The notes: generated by a model not told the origin, from the sequence alone. DNA of 64,000 nt from Planctomycetota bacterium (GCA_044222185.1 JBGANV010000002.1:448001-512000), one strand, 5' to 3'; counted from the first letter of the stretch, positions 8,722 to 19,700 are shown. Numbers and translations are program-made.

Positions 8722-9915
8722 TCACCGTCGCTCCGGCCCCATCGTCTCGACGGAGCCGGCGATCTCGGTCTCGGCTTTTTGCGGGCGCGAGCCGGCGCCG
8801 AGGCGGGGGCCCGAGATCCACGATGCGAGCGCGACGACGGCGAAGATCAGACTCATGATCCAGAAGCGGAGCACGACCTTCGTCTCGGCGACGCCCTGAT
8901 GCTGGAACCCGTGGTGCGCGGGAGCGCGGTAGAGGATCCGCTTGCCGATGCGAAGGATCCCGATCTGCTCCTGAATGAGGACGGAGAGCGCCTCGTAGAC
9001 GAAGATGGCGCCGACGATCAGGAACAGGAGCTCCTGTTTCGTGAGGACGGCCAGGGCCGCCAACGTCCCCCCGAGCGAAAGGGACCCGGTGTCACCCATG
9101 ATCACCTGGGCGGGGTAGCCGTTGAACCAGAGGAACCCGGTGGCAGCGCCGAGAAGCCCCGTGCAGTAGATCGCCAACTCCTCCATCCACGCATGGGCGG
9201 CCATGTCGCCGACGCCGCCGAGCATGTTCTTGCCGAGGATGATCCCGATGGCGCCGTAGACCGCGACCCCGAACGCCGCCGGCACGATGGCGAGGCCGTC
9301 GAGTCCATCGGCGAAGTTCACCGCGTTGCTGATCGCCATGAAGGCGACGAGGATCAGAATGCCGTACCCGAGGAACCCCAGGTCGGGGTGGAAGCCGAGG
9401 ATGGGCGTCGCCAGCGGGATGAAGAGCTTCGTGCGCTCGTCAGGCGAGAACGGCGACGTGCCGACGTTCAGGATCATCAACGCGAAGAAGAGACCGAACA
9501 GTGCCTGCGAGACCAGCTTGAACCGCCGGCCCAAGCCTCCGTCGGAGTGCTTGCGTCGCATCTTCAGGATGTCGTCCATGGCGCCGAGGCCGGCGAAGAA
9601 GCTCGTCGAGAGGAGGAGCAGGGGCGTGGGCCGGCTCCACAGATCGCACCAGAACAACGCGGAAAGCACGATGCCGAGAACGATGATGATGCCGCCCATG
9701 GTCGGCGTGCCGCTCTTGCTCGACGCGTATGCGTCCACGTACTCGCGAGGTCGATCGCGCAATCCGCGACGATAGAGCCCGGCGATCACGCGCGGTCCCA
9801 AGAGCCACACCACGAGGAACGCGGTGATGAACGCGGCGATGCAGCGAATCGAGGTGAGGGGCGCGATCTTCGCGTGCTGGCTCTCCATCACCAGCTTGTA
9901 GAGCATGTAGATCAC
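8722..9915 (-). CDS. mraY: Phospho-N-acetylmuramoyl-pentapeptide transferase
   Basis: KSGTPTMGG, DD in MDDILK, SNAVNFADGLDGL, FNGYPAQVIMGDTGSL and APAHHGF motifs; about 10 TM segments; GTG start overlaps upstream TGA (GTGA). Confidence 0.96.
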   Translation of the reverse strand: MIYMLYKLVMESQHAKIAPLTSIRCIAAFITAFLVVWLLGPRVIAGLYRRGLRDRPREYVDAYASSKSGTPTMGGIIIVLGIVLSALFWCDLWSRPTPLLLLSTSFFAGLGAMDDILKMRRKHSDGGLGRRFKLVSQALFGLFFALMILNVGTSPFSPDERTKLFIPLATPILGFHPDLGFLGYGILILVAFMAISNAVNFADGLDGLAIVPAAFGVAVYGAIGIILGKNMLGGVGDMAAHAWMEELAIYCTGLLGAATGFLWFNGYPAQVIMGDTGSLSLGGTLAALAVLTKQELLFLIVGAIFVYEALSVLIQEQIGILRIGKRILYRAPAHHGFQHQGVAETKVVLRFWIMSLIFAVVALASWISGPRLGAGSRPQKAETEIAGSVETMGPERR

Positions 9916-12900
9916 GCCGGCTCTCCCATGGTCGCGGAGACCTGATCGAACTTGCGCCGCACGCGGAGGAGGTCTTCCTTGAGCTTGAACCGCGGCGTGA
10001 ACGAGTCGCAGGTGACGAGCACGTCATCCACCAGTTCGAGCAAGGCGCGTGCATCGAGGACGACGCCGCGCTTGTGGAGTTCTTCGTAGGCGCAGACGAC
10101 GGCGTCGCGCACTTGCCAGTTCGGGTGATAGTGCAGCTTCTTCAACACGGGCAGGATCGCGGGCTCTCGCGCCAGCAGGCCGATGGCGCGGACGGCATTC
10201 AGCGCCGTCTCGAAGCAGCGCGACTCGGTGAGGCCGATCAGCGCCGCGAGCGCCTTGTGCCGCGTCGCGTCGCTGAGGAACGGCGCGAGGTTGCCGAGGA
10301 CACGCGCGGCGCCCGCGCGCACCTCGAAGTAGGGATCGTTGAGCGCGGTCACGAGGGCGTTTGCCGTCACTTCGTCGGGGTCTCCGAGCTGCCCCAAGGC
10401 GACGACCGCGTTGCGTCTCACGAATCCCGGCTCGCGGAAATCCGCTCCAAGGAAGCGGAGGTAGAACGGCATCGCTTCGCGATTGGTCACGAGCTGCGCG
10501 AGCTTGGGTCGGGTCACGCGGAGCTGGAGCAGCCCCGCGAGCTTGCAGCCGATGTTGCGCTCCTGCCAGCGCGGCCGACTGAGCAGCTGCGTCACGCGCT
10601 TGTTCAGGTTGAACGTGAGCGCGAGCTGGGGGTTCTTCTCGACCCACTTCAGCAACTCACCTGCCGAGAGCCACTGGGGAACGACGGGCCGCACCTCGCG
10701 TGGCCGAGTCGGCTCGTGATCGTGGCTCTTGCGGTTGAAGCGAGCCAGCAGCTCCTCGATCTGCTCCGACTCCATGAGGAACGCCGTCCCCGCGAACGCG
10801 AACCCACCGAAGAAGCACGGCGTGAGAAGCTGGAGCGCGCGGTTGACGATCGTGCCGACGCCACCGGGGAACGATTCGAAGTGCCGTACCGCCGCCAGGC
10901 TCATGGCTGCGGCGATCGCCGCCGCGCAGGTCGCGAACGACGTCTGGAAGATCGTCGGCCAGAGATCCTTGAACCGGAATGCCGCGTCCTCTTCCCGCAA
11001 GTCGCGGTTGAGCAGCCACAGCCGGACGACCGCCGCGATGCTGAACGTCACGGTCGACGAAAGCGCGATGCCCGCGAACCCGAACGGAGTCTTCACGAGT
11101 GCCAGCGAGAGCGACACGTTGATGACGAGCGCCACGAGATTCGTCAGCGTCCCCGCGCCCATCTGATTGCGCGCCGCGAAGAACCGACCGGAGAGTGCCA
11201 CGAGGCCCCACCCCGGCAGTCCGATGGAGTAGGCCTGCAAGGCGGTCATCACGTAGGGCGCGCGCTCGGCCGTGAGCTTCCCGTATTGGAGCAACCCGCG
11301 AACGATCGGCTCGGCGAGGATCACCATGGCGACGGCCATGGGGACGAGGAGGAAGATCGTCCAGTTGATGCCGTTCACGATCATGCGCCGCGTCCACGCC
11401 TTGTCGCGGACCGCCATGCCTTCGCTGAGTTCCTTCAGCACGACCGTGTTGATCGTCTGCGCCACGAGGGCGAACGGAAGCAGGAACAACTGCCTGCCGA
11501 AGTCGAGCGCGCTGATCATCCCGTCCGACAGCGCGGACGCGATGCTGACGTCCACGATCTCGCCGGCCTTCGAGATCGTGGTGTCCGCCAGGATGTTCGG
11601 CGTGACGCGCCCCACGCGGCGGATGCCCGGCGTGCGCATGTCGAGACCGCGGGGGAATCGCAGTCCGTGGCCCTTGCGGATCTCCGGTCCGAACAGCGGC
11701 GGGAGCTGCACGAGGATCTGCCCCACGCCGCCTGCGAGCACGCCCCACCCGAGCGCCTGGATGCCGAAGCGGTCGTAGAACGACACGCCGGCGATCATGC
11801 CCACGCTGAACATGATCGACGCGTTCGCCGGCAGGGCGAACCGATTGAACGCCTTCAGCACGGCGGCGATGACGGCCGCGGCGGAGATGAGGATCAGGTA
11901 CGGGAACATGATCCGCGTGAGCTTGACCGCGTCGTCGACCATGCCCTTCGCGCGGAACCCCGGAGCGATGGAGTCGATCCACAGCGGCGTCGTGAGGATC
12001 GCGCCGACGGTGACGACGGCGCTCCCGAGGAGGGTGAGCTTCATCACGGTCGAGAAGAGGCGGTTCGCCTCGTCCCTGCGACCCGAGCGGAAGAGCTGAA
12101 CGAACGTCGGCAGGAACGCGCTGTCGACGGCCACCTCGGCGAACACGGCGCGGAAGAAGTTGCTGACCCGCAACCCGAACGTCATGAGGTCGGTCGCCTG
12201 ACCGAGGCCGAGCGTGCCGCCGGAGATCGCCACGCGGGCGAATCCCATCATGCGCGACGTCATGGTGCCGAACGCCGTCGCGAAGAGCTTCTTGCCCACG
12301 GCCATGGGGCGATCTTCGCGTTCGACCTCACGGTCCAGCACGCGGAACGTGAAGCGGTTCGGACCGATGGAGACGACGTCCTCCGGCGAAAGACGCGTGC
12401 GTTGCGCCACGGGCTTGCCGTTGATCGAGACCTGTCCGCGGCGCGGCACGATCCAGAACTCGGCGACGCCGCCGACGCGCGCCTCCTGCAGGAACGCCCG
12501 TTCGCCGTCGCCCCGATCGAGCAGGCGCACGTCCGCGAGCGCGCCCGCCGAGATGACGTTGTTGTTGAACCGCAGCTCGTGCGTGATTCCCGCTTCGTCG
12601 AGCAGCAATCCGACCTTCGCCGTGACGATGCGCTTGTAGATCACGGGCTCGCCGCCCGCGAGCGACTCGAGGACGTCGGCGTTGCGGCCCAAGGCCTCGG
12701 GGATGACCATGCGATGAGCCTGGCGGCCCATCTGGAGCAGGAGCTCCTCGTCGTCGAGGAGGTCGACGATGCGACGCCCCAGCTGATCGCCGTAGACGCG
12801 CGTGACGACACGGCCCTCCTCGTCCGCCGGCTCTTCGTAGAAGATCTCGGCGGCGCCCGCGTCGGCGAAGGCGAGCGCGTTCTCGAGCTGATGCTGCCCG

Positions 12901-13820
12901 GGCGCATCCGACTTCGGGATCAGGATCGAGGGCTTCCCGATGGCGCCCAGCTCCATGATCGTTCCCGCACCCGACCGCGCGACGACGAGGTCGGCGAGCG
13001 CGTAGACGTCCTCGATGTCCTCGATGAACCGCTTGCAGACGTAGCGGCCCGGGATCTCGGGCGCGAGGCCCATCTGCTTCAACCGTTCGCAGGTGTCGTC
13101 GAAGGCGTTGTATTCGGGGCTGTTGAAGAGCCCCGTCGAGTGGATGATCGCGACCTTCTCGTGGCGGAGCAGCGTCTTCAGCGCTTCCACGATGCCGCGG
13201 TTGATCGAGCGCGAGCCCATGCTTCCGCCGACGACGAACACGCACTTGGATTCGGGTGCGATGCCGTATTTCAACCGCGCCGCGTCGCGGGACGCCGTGC
13301 CGATGCGGCTGCGAACGGGATACCCGGTGTGGATCGCCTTCGGAGGCGGCAGTTCGCGGAGCGTGCGCTCGAACGTGATGCCCACGCGGGTGGCGAAACC
13401 TGCCAGCAGACGGTTGGCCGCCCCCGGTCGGGCGTTCTGTTCGTGGACGAAGATCCGCCGCTTGAGGATCGCCGCCGCGAGCACGGGCGGCACGGAAACG
13501 TACCCACCCGTTGCGACCACGAGATTGGGGCGGAACCGGACGATGATCCACAGCGATTGGAGGATTCCCGCGAGCACTCGCACGAGCATCGTCGCGAATC
13601 GGATCGGTCGCCGCGGCGACACGTGCTGCGCGGTGAGCACGCCCTTGAACGCGATGCCGTGTTGCTCGACGCGTTTCTCGTATCCGCCGGCGGAACCGAC
13701 GTAGAGAATGCGAGCCGACGGATCACGGCGCCGGATCTCGCCGATCATGGCGAGATTCGGTGTGACGTGTCCGCCCGTGCCACCGCCCGTGAAGAGGTAG
13801 CGTCTCCCCGTTTGGGTCAC
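9912..13820 (-). CDS. murG-murJ: MurG glycosyltransferase - FHA-like domain - MurJ/MviN lipid II flippase - HEAT-repeat fusion protein
   Basis: One uninterrupted frame. MurG motifs FTGGGTGGH, TGGYVS.P, HEQNA.PG.ANR, GGSMGS, RSGAGT..E...GKPSILIP...HQ..NA; FHA-like SINGKPV...LSPEDVVSIGPNRFTF; MurJ motifs SRMMGFAR, NFFRAVFAE..VDSAFLP, RIMFPYL, multiple TMs; HEAT-like VRRNAVVALG, DPYFEVRAGAARVLG, NWQVRDAVV. Start placed at GTG 13820 (ORF track extends to 13967). Confidence 0.88.
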   Translation of the reverse strand: MTQTGRRYLFTGGGTGGHVTPNLAMIGEIRRRDPSARILYVGSAGGYEKRVEQHGIAFKGVLTAQHVSPRRPIRFATMLVRVLAGILQSLWIIVRFRPNLVVATGGYVSVPPVLAAAILKRRIFVHEQNARPGAANRLLAGFATRVGITFERTLRELPPPKAIHTGYPVRSRIGTASRDAARLKYGIAPESKCVFVVGGSMGSRSINRGIVEALKTLLRHEKVAIIHSTGLFNSPEYNAFDDTCERLKQMGLAPEIPGRYVCKRFIEDIEDVYALADLVVARSGAGTIMELGAIGKPSILIPKSDAPGQHQLENALAFADAGAAEIFYEEPADEEGRVVTRVYGDQLGRRIVDLLDDEELLLQMGRQAHRMVIPEALGRNADVLESLAGGEPVIYKRIVTAKVGLLLDEAGITHELRFNNNVISAGALADVRLLDRGDGERAFLQEARVGGVAEFWIVPRRGQVSINGKPVAQRTRLSPEDVVSIGPNRFTFRVLDREVEREDRPMAVGKKLFATAFGTMTSRMMGFARVAISGGTLGLGQATDLMTFGLRVSNFFRAVFAEVAVDSAFLPTFVQLFRSGRRDEANRLFSTVMKLTLLGSAVVTVGAILTTPLWIDSIAPGFRAKGMVDDAVKLTRIMFPYLILISAAAVIAAVLKAFNRFALPANASIMFSVGMIAGVSFYDRFGIQALGWGVLAGGVGQILVQLPPLFGPEIRKGHGLRFPRGLDMRTPGIRRVGRVTPNILADTTISKAGEIVDVSIASALSDGMISALDFGRQLFLLPFALVAQTINTVVLKELSEGMAVRDKAWTRRMIVNGINWTIFLLVPMAVAMVILAEPIVRGLLQYGKLTAERAPYVMTALQAYSIGLPGWGLVALSGRFFAARNQMGAGTLTNLVALVINVSLSLALVKTPFGFAGIALSSTVTFSIAAVVRLWLLNRDLREEDAAFRFKDLWPTIFQTSFATCAAAIAAAMSLAAVRHFESFPGGVGTIVNRALQLLTPCFFGGFAFAGTAFLMESEQIEELLARFNRKSHDHEPTRPREVRPVVPQWLSAGELLKWVEKNPQLALTFNLNKRVTQLLSRPRWQERNIGCKLAGLLQLRVTRPKLAQLVTNREAMPFYLRFLGADFREPGFVRRNAVVALGQLGDPDEVTANALVTALNDPYFEVRAGAARVLGNLAPFLSDATRHKALAALIGLTESRCFETALNAVRAIGLLAREPAILPVLKKLHYHPNWQVRDAVVCAYEELHKRGVVLDARALLELVDDVLVTCDSFTPRFKLKEDLLRVRRKFDQVSATMGEPA

Positions 13821-14088
13821 GAACCTGTTGACCTTTCGTTCCCGCGCGGACACCGCCAGGGCCGCGCTCCACTTCACCGTTCCCCACCGCCAGGGAAGGC
13901 GAATTCGAGAGCCGAAACGCACGCGAACGGCCGGGCAGAGAGTAGACGCCGCACCCCTGGGAAACAACGCGCCTGCAGGTGGGAAATCACGGCCCTTGCC
14001 TCATTCGTTCGATCGGGTGTAATCGCCACGATCCAGGCCCAACTGATCTGTCGCATCAGAGTCCCGGCTTGCGACGGAGTCCGCTCCC

Positions 14089-16752
14089 ATGAGATGGAAG
14101 TTCCTGACGCCAGCGTTCCTGTCGTTGTTCGTGGCACCGCTCCAGGCGCAGATCCCACCGTCCGTCCAGCTGCAGGCGGCGCAGGCGTGGTCGGGAACCG
14201 CGGGAAGCGCGAACGCCGGGTGGTCCATCGCGTCCGGCGGTGGCGTGATCCTGACGGGATCGCCGGGTGGCAGTCCGCCGGGACCCGGCGTCAACTCCTG
14301 GACAGGCGGGCCGCCGCCCCTCGGCCCGACGGGCGCGGGGACCGTGCAAGTGCGCGCGAGCGTCGGCGGTCAGGTGCTCAACACGTTGCTCGGTGAAGCC
14401 GGGGGCGATCGCTTCGGCTTCGTCGTGTGCAACATCGGGGACGTGGATGGGGATACGGCCCCAGACTTCGCCATCGGAGCTCCGTTCGGCGGCGGAGGTA
14501 CGGGCCGCGTCTATGTCTATGCGAATGCCGACCTTCAGGGGCCTTTCACGCCTTCGCCCTTGTTCGTGTTGTCGGGGTTCCTTCCCAACGATCGCTTCGG
14601 GGTGTCGGTGTGTGGGATCGGTGACATCACCGGCGACGGCCTCGACGAGTTCGTCGTTGGCGCGCCCAAGGCTGGGCTCTTCCACGTGGGCCAGGCCTAC
14701 GTCTTCAGTCCCCAACCCGGAGGAGCTCAGCTTCTCGCCCCGGTGATGAATGGCGAGGCGGTCCAACCCGTGTTCGGCGGAAGTCTGGCGGCGGTGGGGG
14801 ATCTGGACGGTGACGGTCGCTCGGAGATCGCCATCGGCGCATCGGGATCGGGCGACACGCCACAGGCGACGACGGGAGCGGGTCGCGTGTACATCTTCCG
14901 GGGGTCGAACCGGACGTTGCTCGGCCAGATCAACGGACCCGTCACCGGAGGCCTGTTCGGGTACAGCATCTCTCGCCTCGGCGACGTCAGCGTCCCCGCT
15001 GACGGAATCCCCGACTTCGCGGTTGGAGCGCCCCGTTCGGGATCCCTGACCGCGGACGATTCGGGGCGGGTGTTCATCTACTCGGGCGCGACACGTGCCC
15101 TGATGAGAACCTTCAGTCAGGCGACACCGGGCGACTTGCTCGGCGCCGCGGTCGTCGGGACGGGGAACGCCGACGCGGACGCGCAGCTCGAGGTGGCCAT
15201 CGGGTCGCCGGGTTCGGGCCTCGACGGACGCCCCGGTCGCGTGCTCCTCGTTGGCGCCAGCGATGGCGTCGTGAAATCCACCGTGTCCGGCGAACGGCCG
15301 AACGACCGGATGGGAATGAGCATCGGCGTCCTCGACGACATCAATTTCGACGGTCGCCCGGAGCTGCTCGCGGGAAGCCCGAACCACGACATGGCGGAGA
15401 ACGTGGCCAATCGCATGGACGATGGCCGCGGGATGGTCTTCGTCTTGCCTCGAACCCTCTACGTCTCCGCCACCGCGGGGCCTGGCGGGAACGGCTCCTA
15501 CGCGACGCCTTACGCCTCGATCGGGATGGCGATTGCGTCGGCGCGCCACGGCGACACGATCTTCGTCGGGCCGGGAACCTACGCCGAATCGCTGTTTCTC
15601 AACGTCAACGTCCGCCTCGTGGGGGCGGGCACGACCCCGACGATCATCGATCCGGGCCCCAACGCACTGTTAGGCGCCCTCTCCGTCGGCATGGGCACCG
15701 ACGACACGTGCCTCCTGGAAGGGTTGACCTTCCGACAGGTCCTCGCCACGGCCGGCGGGGCGACGATCCGGAACTGCCGCATCGGGCGGCTGAACGTCGT
15801 GCGCGGTTACCTGGGATCGACCTACGTCGACCGCGTCGACATCGTTCGGCTCGATCATTGCACGATCGACACGTTGCACGTCGAGGGCCCGATCCTTCCA
15901 ACGTCGCTGGGAGACCCCTATCCGCTCCAGGTCCAGATGGACCACTGCAGCATGCGCCCCATGGGCACGGGTCTCGCGCCCATCTTCACGCGTCTCGCGG
16001 AACTGACCCTGACCAATTCCATCATCTGGGACCCGACGTCGTCGGTCGACATCCTCGCGCCGACGGGGAGCCCGGTGACGACGCCCGGCCCCGAGGGGTC
16101 CCTCGTCCGGTCGCGGTATTGCGTGATGGCCTACAACACCGTCGGGTTCGATCCGACCAACGTCGTGGGCGATCCGAAGTTCGCGAACGCGTCGGCGGGG
16201 GATCTTCGACTGCGCATCGACTCGCCCGCCATCGACGCCGGCGATCCCGCGGCCCCGTTGGACCCCGACGGATCGCGAAGCGACGTCGGCGCGTCGTACG
16301 CTCCTCCCGACCACCTGCCGGGGTCGGCGGACCGCGTCTACCTTGCGACGGCGCTGAACGCGTTGCCGCTCGGCGCGGCCGGGTCGGACATCCATCCCGC
16401 CCAGCCCGGCAACGCGGCGACCTTCTCGGTCTGGACGACGAACACGGCCCTCCTCGGAAGTCCCATGCTCGTCCTGGCGCAGGGATACCCGGCTCTCAAT
16501 TCGATTCCGCCGACGCCGGGGCTTCCCGCGTTCATCCGACTGAATCCCTACGTGCTGCCGTACTTCGTCCTCTTCGGCACGGCGTCGCCGATCGGGCTTC
16601 CGGTCCTGTCGGGGACGCCGACGACCTTCGCGCTGGGCATCCCGCCCGGGCTCGCGGGGATCACCATTCGGGTCCAGGCCTTCGCCGTGTCACCGCTGGC
16701 GCTGGCAGCCGGCATCGCCGCATCTTCGGCCCACGAGTTCGTCGTCAACTGA
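14089..16752 (+). CDS. Secreted FG-GAP (integrin-alpha propeller) + beta-helix protein with conserved C-terminal domain
   Basis: Signal peptide ending APLQA-Q; repeated FG...GDxDGDGxxDxAIGAP; YVSATAGPGGNGSYATPY..I..AI...GDTIFVGPGTY beta-helix cap; DLRLRIDSPAIDAG motif; C-terminal PPGLAG..IRVQ...SAHEFVVN. Confidence 0.85.
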   Translation: MRWKFLTPAFLSLFVAPLQAQIPPSVQLQAAQAWSGTAGSANAGWSIASGGGVILTGSPGGSPPGPGVNSWTGGPPPLGPTGAGTVQVRASVGGQVLNTLLGEAGGDRFGFVVCNIGDVDGDTAPDFAIGAPFGGGGTGRVYVYANADLQGPFTPSPLFVLSGFLPNDRFGVSVCGIGDITGDGLDEFVVGAPKAGLFHVGQAYVFSPQPGGAQLLAPVMNGEAVQPVFGGSLAAVGDLDGDGRSEIAIGASGSGDTPQATTGAGRVYIFRGSNRTLLGQINGPVTGGLFGYSISRLGDVSVPADGIPDFAVGAPRSGSLTADDSGRVFIYSGATRALMRTFSQATPGDLLGAAVVGTGNADADAQLEVAIGSPGSGLDGRPGRVLLVGASDGVVKSTVSGERPNDRMGMSIGVLDDINFDGRPELLAGSPNHDMAENVANRMDDGRGMVFVLPRTLYVSATAGPGGNGSYATPYASIGMAIASARHGDTIFVGPGTYAESLFLNVNVRLVGAGTTPTIIDPGPNALLGALSVGMGTDDTCLLEGLTFRQVLATAGGATIRNCRIGRLNVVRGYLGSTYVDRVDIVRLDHCTIDTLHVEGPILPTSLGDPYPLQVQMDHCSMRPMGTGLAPIFTRLAELTLTNSIIWDPTSSVDILAPTGSPVTTPGPEGSLVRSRYCVMAYNTVGFDPTNVVGDPKFANASAGDLRLRIDSPAIDAGDPAAPLDPDGSRSDVGASYAPPDHLPGSADRVYLATALNALPLGAAGSDIHPAQPGNAATFSVWTTNTALLGSPMLVLAQGYPALNSIPPTPGLPAFIRLNPYVLPYFVLFGTASPIGLPVLSGTPTTFALGIPPGLAGITIRVQAFAVSPLALAAGIAASSAHEFVVN

Positions 16753-16781
16753 CGTCCGGTCCGCCAATGGAGGGTGAAACG

Positions 16782-19700
16782 ATGAACGCCACGTGTCGCA
16801 TCGGTTGCATCGTCGCAGCCTGCTTCCTGTCGTGCGCGACGTGCGTCATGGCGCAGTTCGAAGACTGCAGTCCGGCGGCGACGCTCGTCTTTCCGGGGAT
16901 CAACCCGGGTCCGCCGTTCGGAGGCGACGGCACCTCTTTCACCAATTCGGGCATGAGCGCGTCGGTCGGGTTCAGCAGTCCGTGCGGCGCCACGAACGAC
17001 GACGGGTGGTTCCGTTATGTGGCGACGCGCACGGGGACGACGGTCATCGACACGGCGACGCCGCTCGGGTTCAGCGTCCTCGCCCTCGGCGACACCGTCA
17101 TCGACGTCCACACCGCCTGCAGCCAGGCGGCTCATCTCGCCTGCAATGGCGGGCTCGTCCAAAGTGGCGGGTTGAAGGCCCGCGTGTCGTTCCAGGCCAC
17201 GGCCGGAGTGACGTACTACGTGCGGATCTCGTCGCCGTCGATCGCGGCGGCCGACTTCTACTTGACGATCGCGGAACACCCGGCCGTCGTGAACGACGAG
17301 CCGTATGCACCGCTGACGCTGCTCGCGGGGCTGAACCCGGGCGGCGGCGCCGGGAACGGAGGCTTCTATGCCATGGCCGGCGCCACCCCCACGCCGTCCC
17401 TGGATGCCATATGCCCGATTTCGCCCGCCGTCCCGGTCCCCCCGCCGCCCTCGAACGACGTGTGGTTCACGTTCACCGCGACGACGACGGAAACGACCGT
17501 CTTCGACACCTGCGAGGGAGTCATGCCCCTCGGCGGCGCCGCCACGCTCACGCTGTTCTCTCTCGGGGGTGCCACCACCTCGTACGTCGCCTGCAACCAG
17601 GATGCGTGTCCGGGCTGCGGCGGCGGGGCGCGCCTCACGGCATCGCTCAACGCGGGCACCACCTACCTCCTGCGCGTGGCCTCGGCTCCCGTCGCGCCGC
17701 CCGTCCCGTTCCGGGTGCGCGTCACGGGCTCGGGGGTGAGCAACGGGCCGGCCTTCTCGCCCTTCGAAGGCAGGACGATCGTCGCTCCTCCCGCGGCGTC
17801 GCACGCGGACGTCAACTGGACCGTGCTCGGGGATGCGAACCAGGACGGAACGCCCGACCTCGTCGTCGGCATCCCGGGTGATGCAACCAATGGATGGGGG
17901 GCTGGCCGCGTCGTGGTGCTGTCGGGGTCGAACGGGGCACAGCTGAGTGCGTTCGCCAATGCGCCGGCCGGGGCTCGGCTGGGGGCTTCGGTCTGCTGCG
18001 TGGGCGACGTGGGGAACGACGGCGTCCCCGACTTCGCCGTCAGCGCGCCTTTCCTCGCGGGGGCGACGCCCGCAGTGGCTGGGGAGGTGTTCATCGTCTC
18101 CGCGACGGGTCAGCAGATCGGAACCTGGGCTACGTTCGCCAAAGCCCCATTCGCCTACGGTGGAGTCTGGGGTTCGGGCCTCGCGGCTGTCGGCGACTGG
18201 GACCTCGACGGTGTCATGAATCTCTGCGTGACGGATTGGGGCGAGGCCGGCACGTCCGTTCGAACGCCTCTCTACGTCATTGGCGATCGCAACGGCGACG
18301 GCGTGGACGACGTGGCGCGCTTCCGGATTCCGTCGGGGTCCGCGAGCGCCTTCCTCGCGACGCAAAGCGGGACGGTCGAGAGCATCCCGTACCTCTTCCT
18401 CGGATCCCCGTGGCCCGTCACGATCCCGAACACGCTCGTCGGATTTCCGACGCAGGTTTGTGCCGCGGGGCGCATCGACTCGGATGCGATCTCCGATTAC
18501 CTGCTGGGGATTCCCGGTGACAACACCACGGGGTCGCTCGCCGGCAAGGTCGTCGTGGTATCGGGGGCGACCCATGCCTTCGTCACGCAGTTCCTCGGCG
18601 CGAACGCCGGTGACCGGTTCGGCACCGCCGTCGCCGCGGTTGGCGACTTCAATTTCGACGGGGTGCCCGATTTCGCGATCGGCGCGCCGTACGACGACAC
18701 GAACGGAAACGATGCGGGCAGCGTCACCGTCGTCTCCAGCAGCACCGGCCAGGTGATCCAGAAGTTCTTCGGCGACCTTCCCGGTGATCGCTTCGGCTGG
18801 TCGCTGCATCGCGCGGATGCGCCGGCGCGCCCCGGTCGAACGCGGCTGTTCGCGTCGGCGAACCCCGTTCTCGCGCAGCGGGCGCCGTACGGACGCTTCC
18901 TGGGCTCGGATCGAACGGTCGTTCAGGGCGACAGCGCGAACGACGAATGCGGTTACTCGGTGGCCATCGTTCCCGACGCGGATGGCGACGGACGGAGCGA
19001 CCTCATCGTCGGCATCCGGAAGGAAGAGGTTGGAAGCCTGACGGACGCAGGCGTCGCGCGGCTCGTTTCGGGAAGCACCGGCGCGACGATCCGCCAGTGG
19101 AACGGAACGGCCTCCTTCGAGCAGTTCGGCCAGACGGTCGTGCTGGTCGGGGACATCGATCATGACGGGACGCGGGACGTGGCCTTCGGAGCACCCCACG
19201 CGTCCCCGGCGGGATCCGGGTCCAACTCGGGCCAGGTCAAGGTCGTCTCGGGCGCGACGGGGCAGCTTCTCAGGACGTTCAACGGACTCGCCGCGGGAGG
19301 CTGGTTCGGCTTCGACATCGCCGATGCGGGCGACGTCGATGGCGACGGAACGGCCGACATCGTTTCCGGCGCCCAGTTCCACGATCTGCCGGGTCTGACG
19401 GACGCGGGGGTGGTGCGGGTGCATTCGGGCGCGACGGGCGCCGTGATCCACCAATGGAACGGGACGGTCGCCGGGGGGAAGCTGGGTATCTCGCTTGCAG
19501 GCGTCGGCGACGTGGACGGAGACGGGAGAGCCGACGTGGCCGTCGGAGCCAGTTCCGACGGCACGTTTGGCACCGCCGCCGGCCGGGTCTTCGTGTTCTC
19601 CGGTGCGACCGGCGCGATGATCCGCGATCTTCACCCCGCGGGCGCGAACGCCGAGTTCGGATACAGCCTCGCTCCGGCGGGCGACCTCGACCGCGACGGT

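Noticed and set aside
10074-14396. 1440-aa plus-strand ORF
   Set aside because: Antisense shadow of the murG-murJ fusion; Arg/His-rich with no motifs, as expected in high-GC DNA.
15708-16781. N-terminal 358 aa of the 1625-aa ORF
   Set aside because: Overlaps the 14089..16752 gene in another frame and is Arg-rich; an RBS, ATG and signal peptide occur at 16782.
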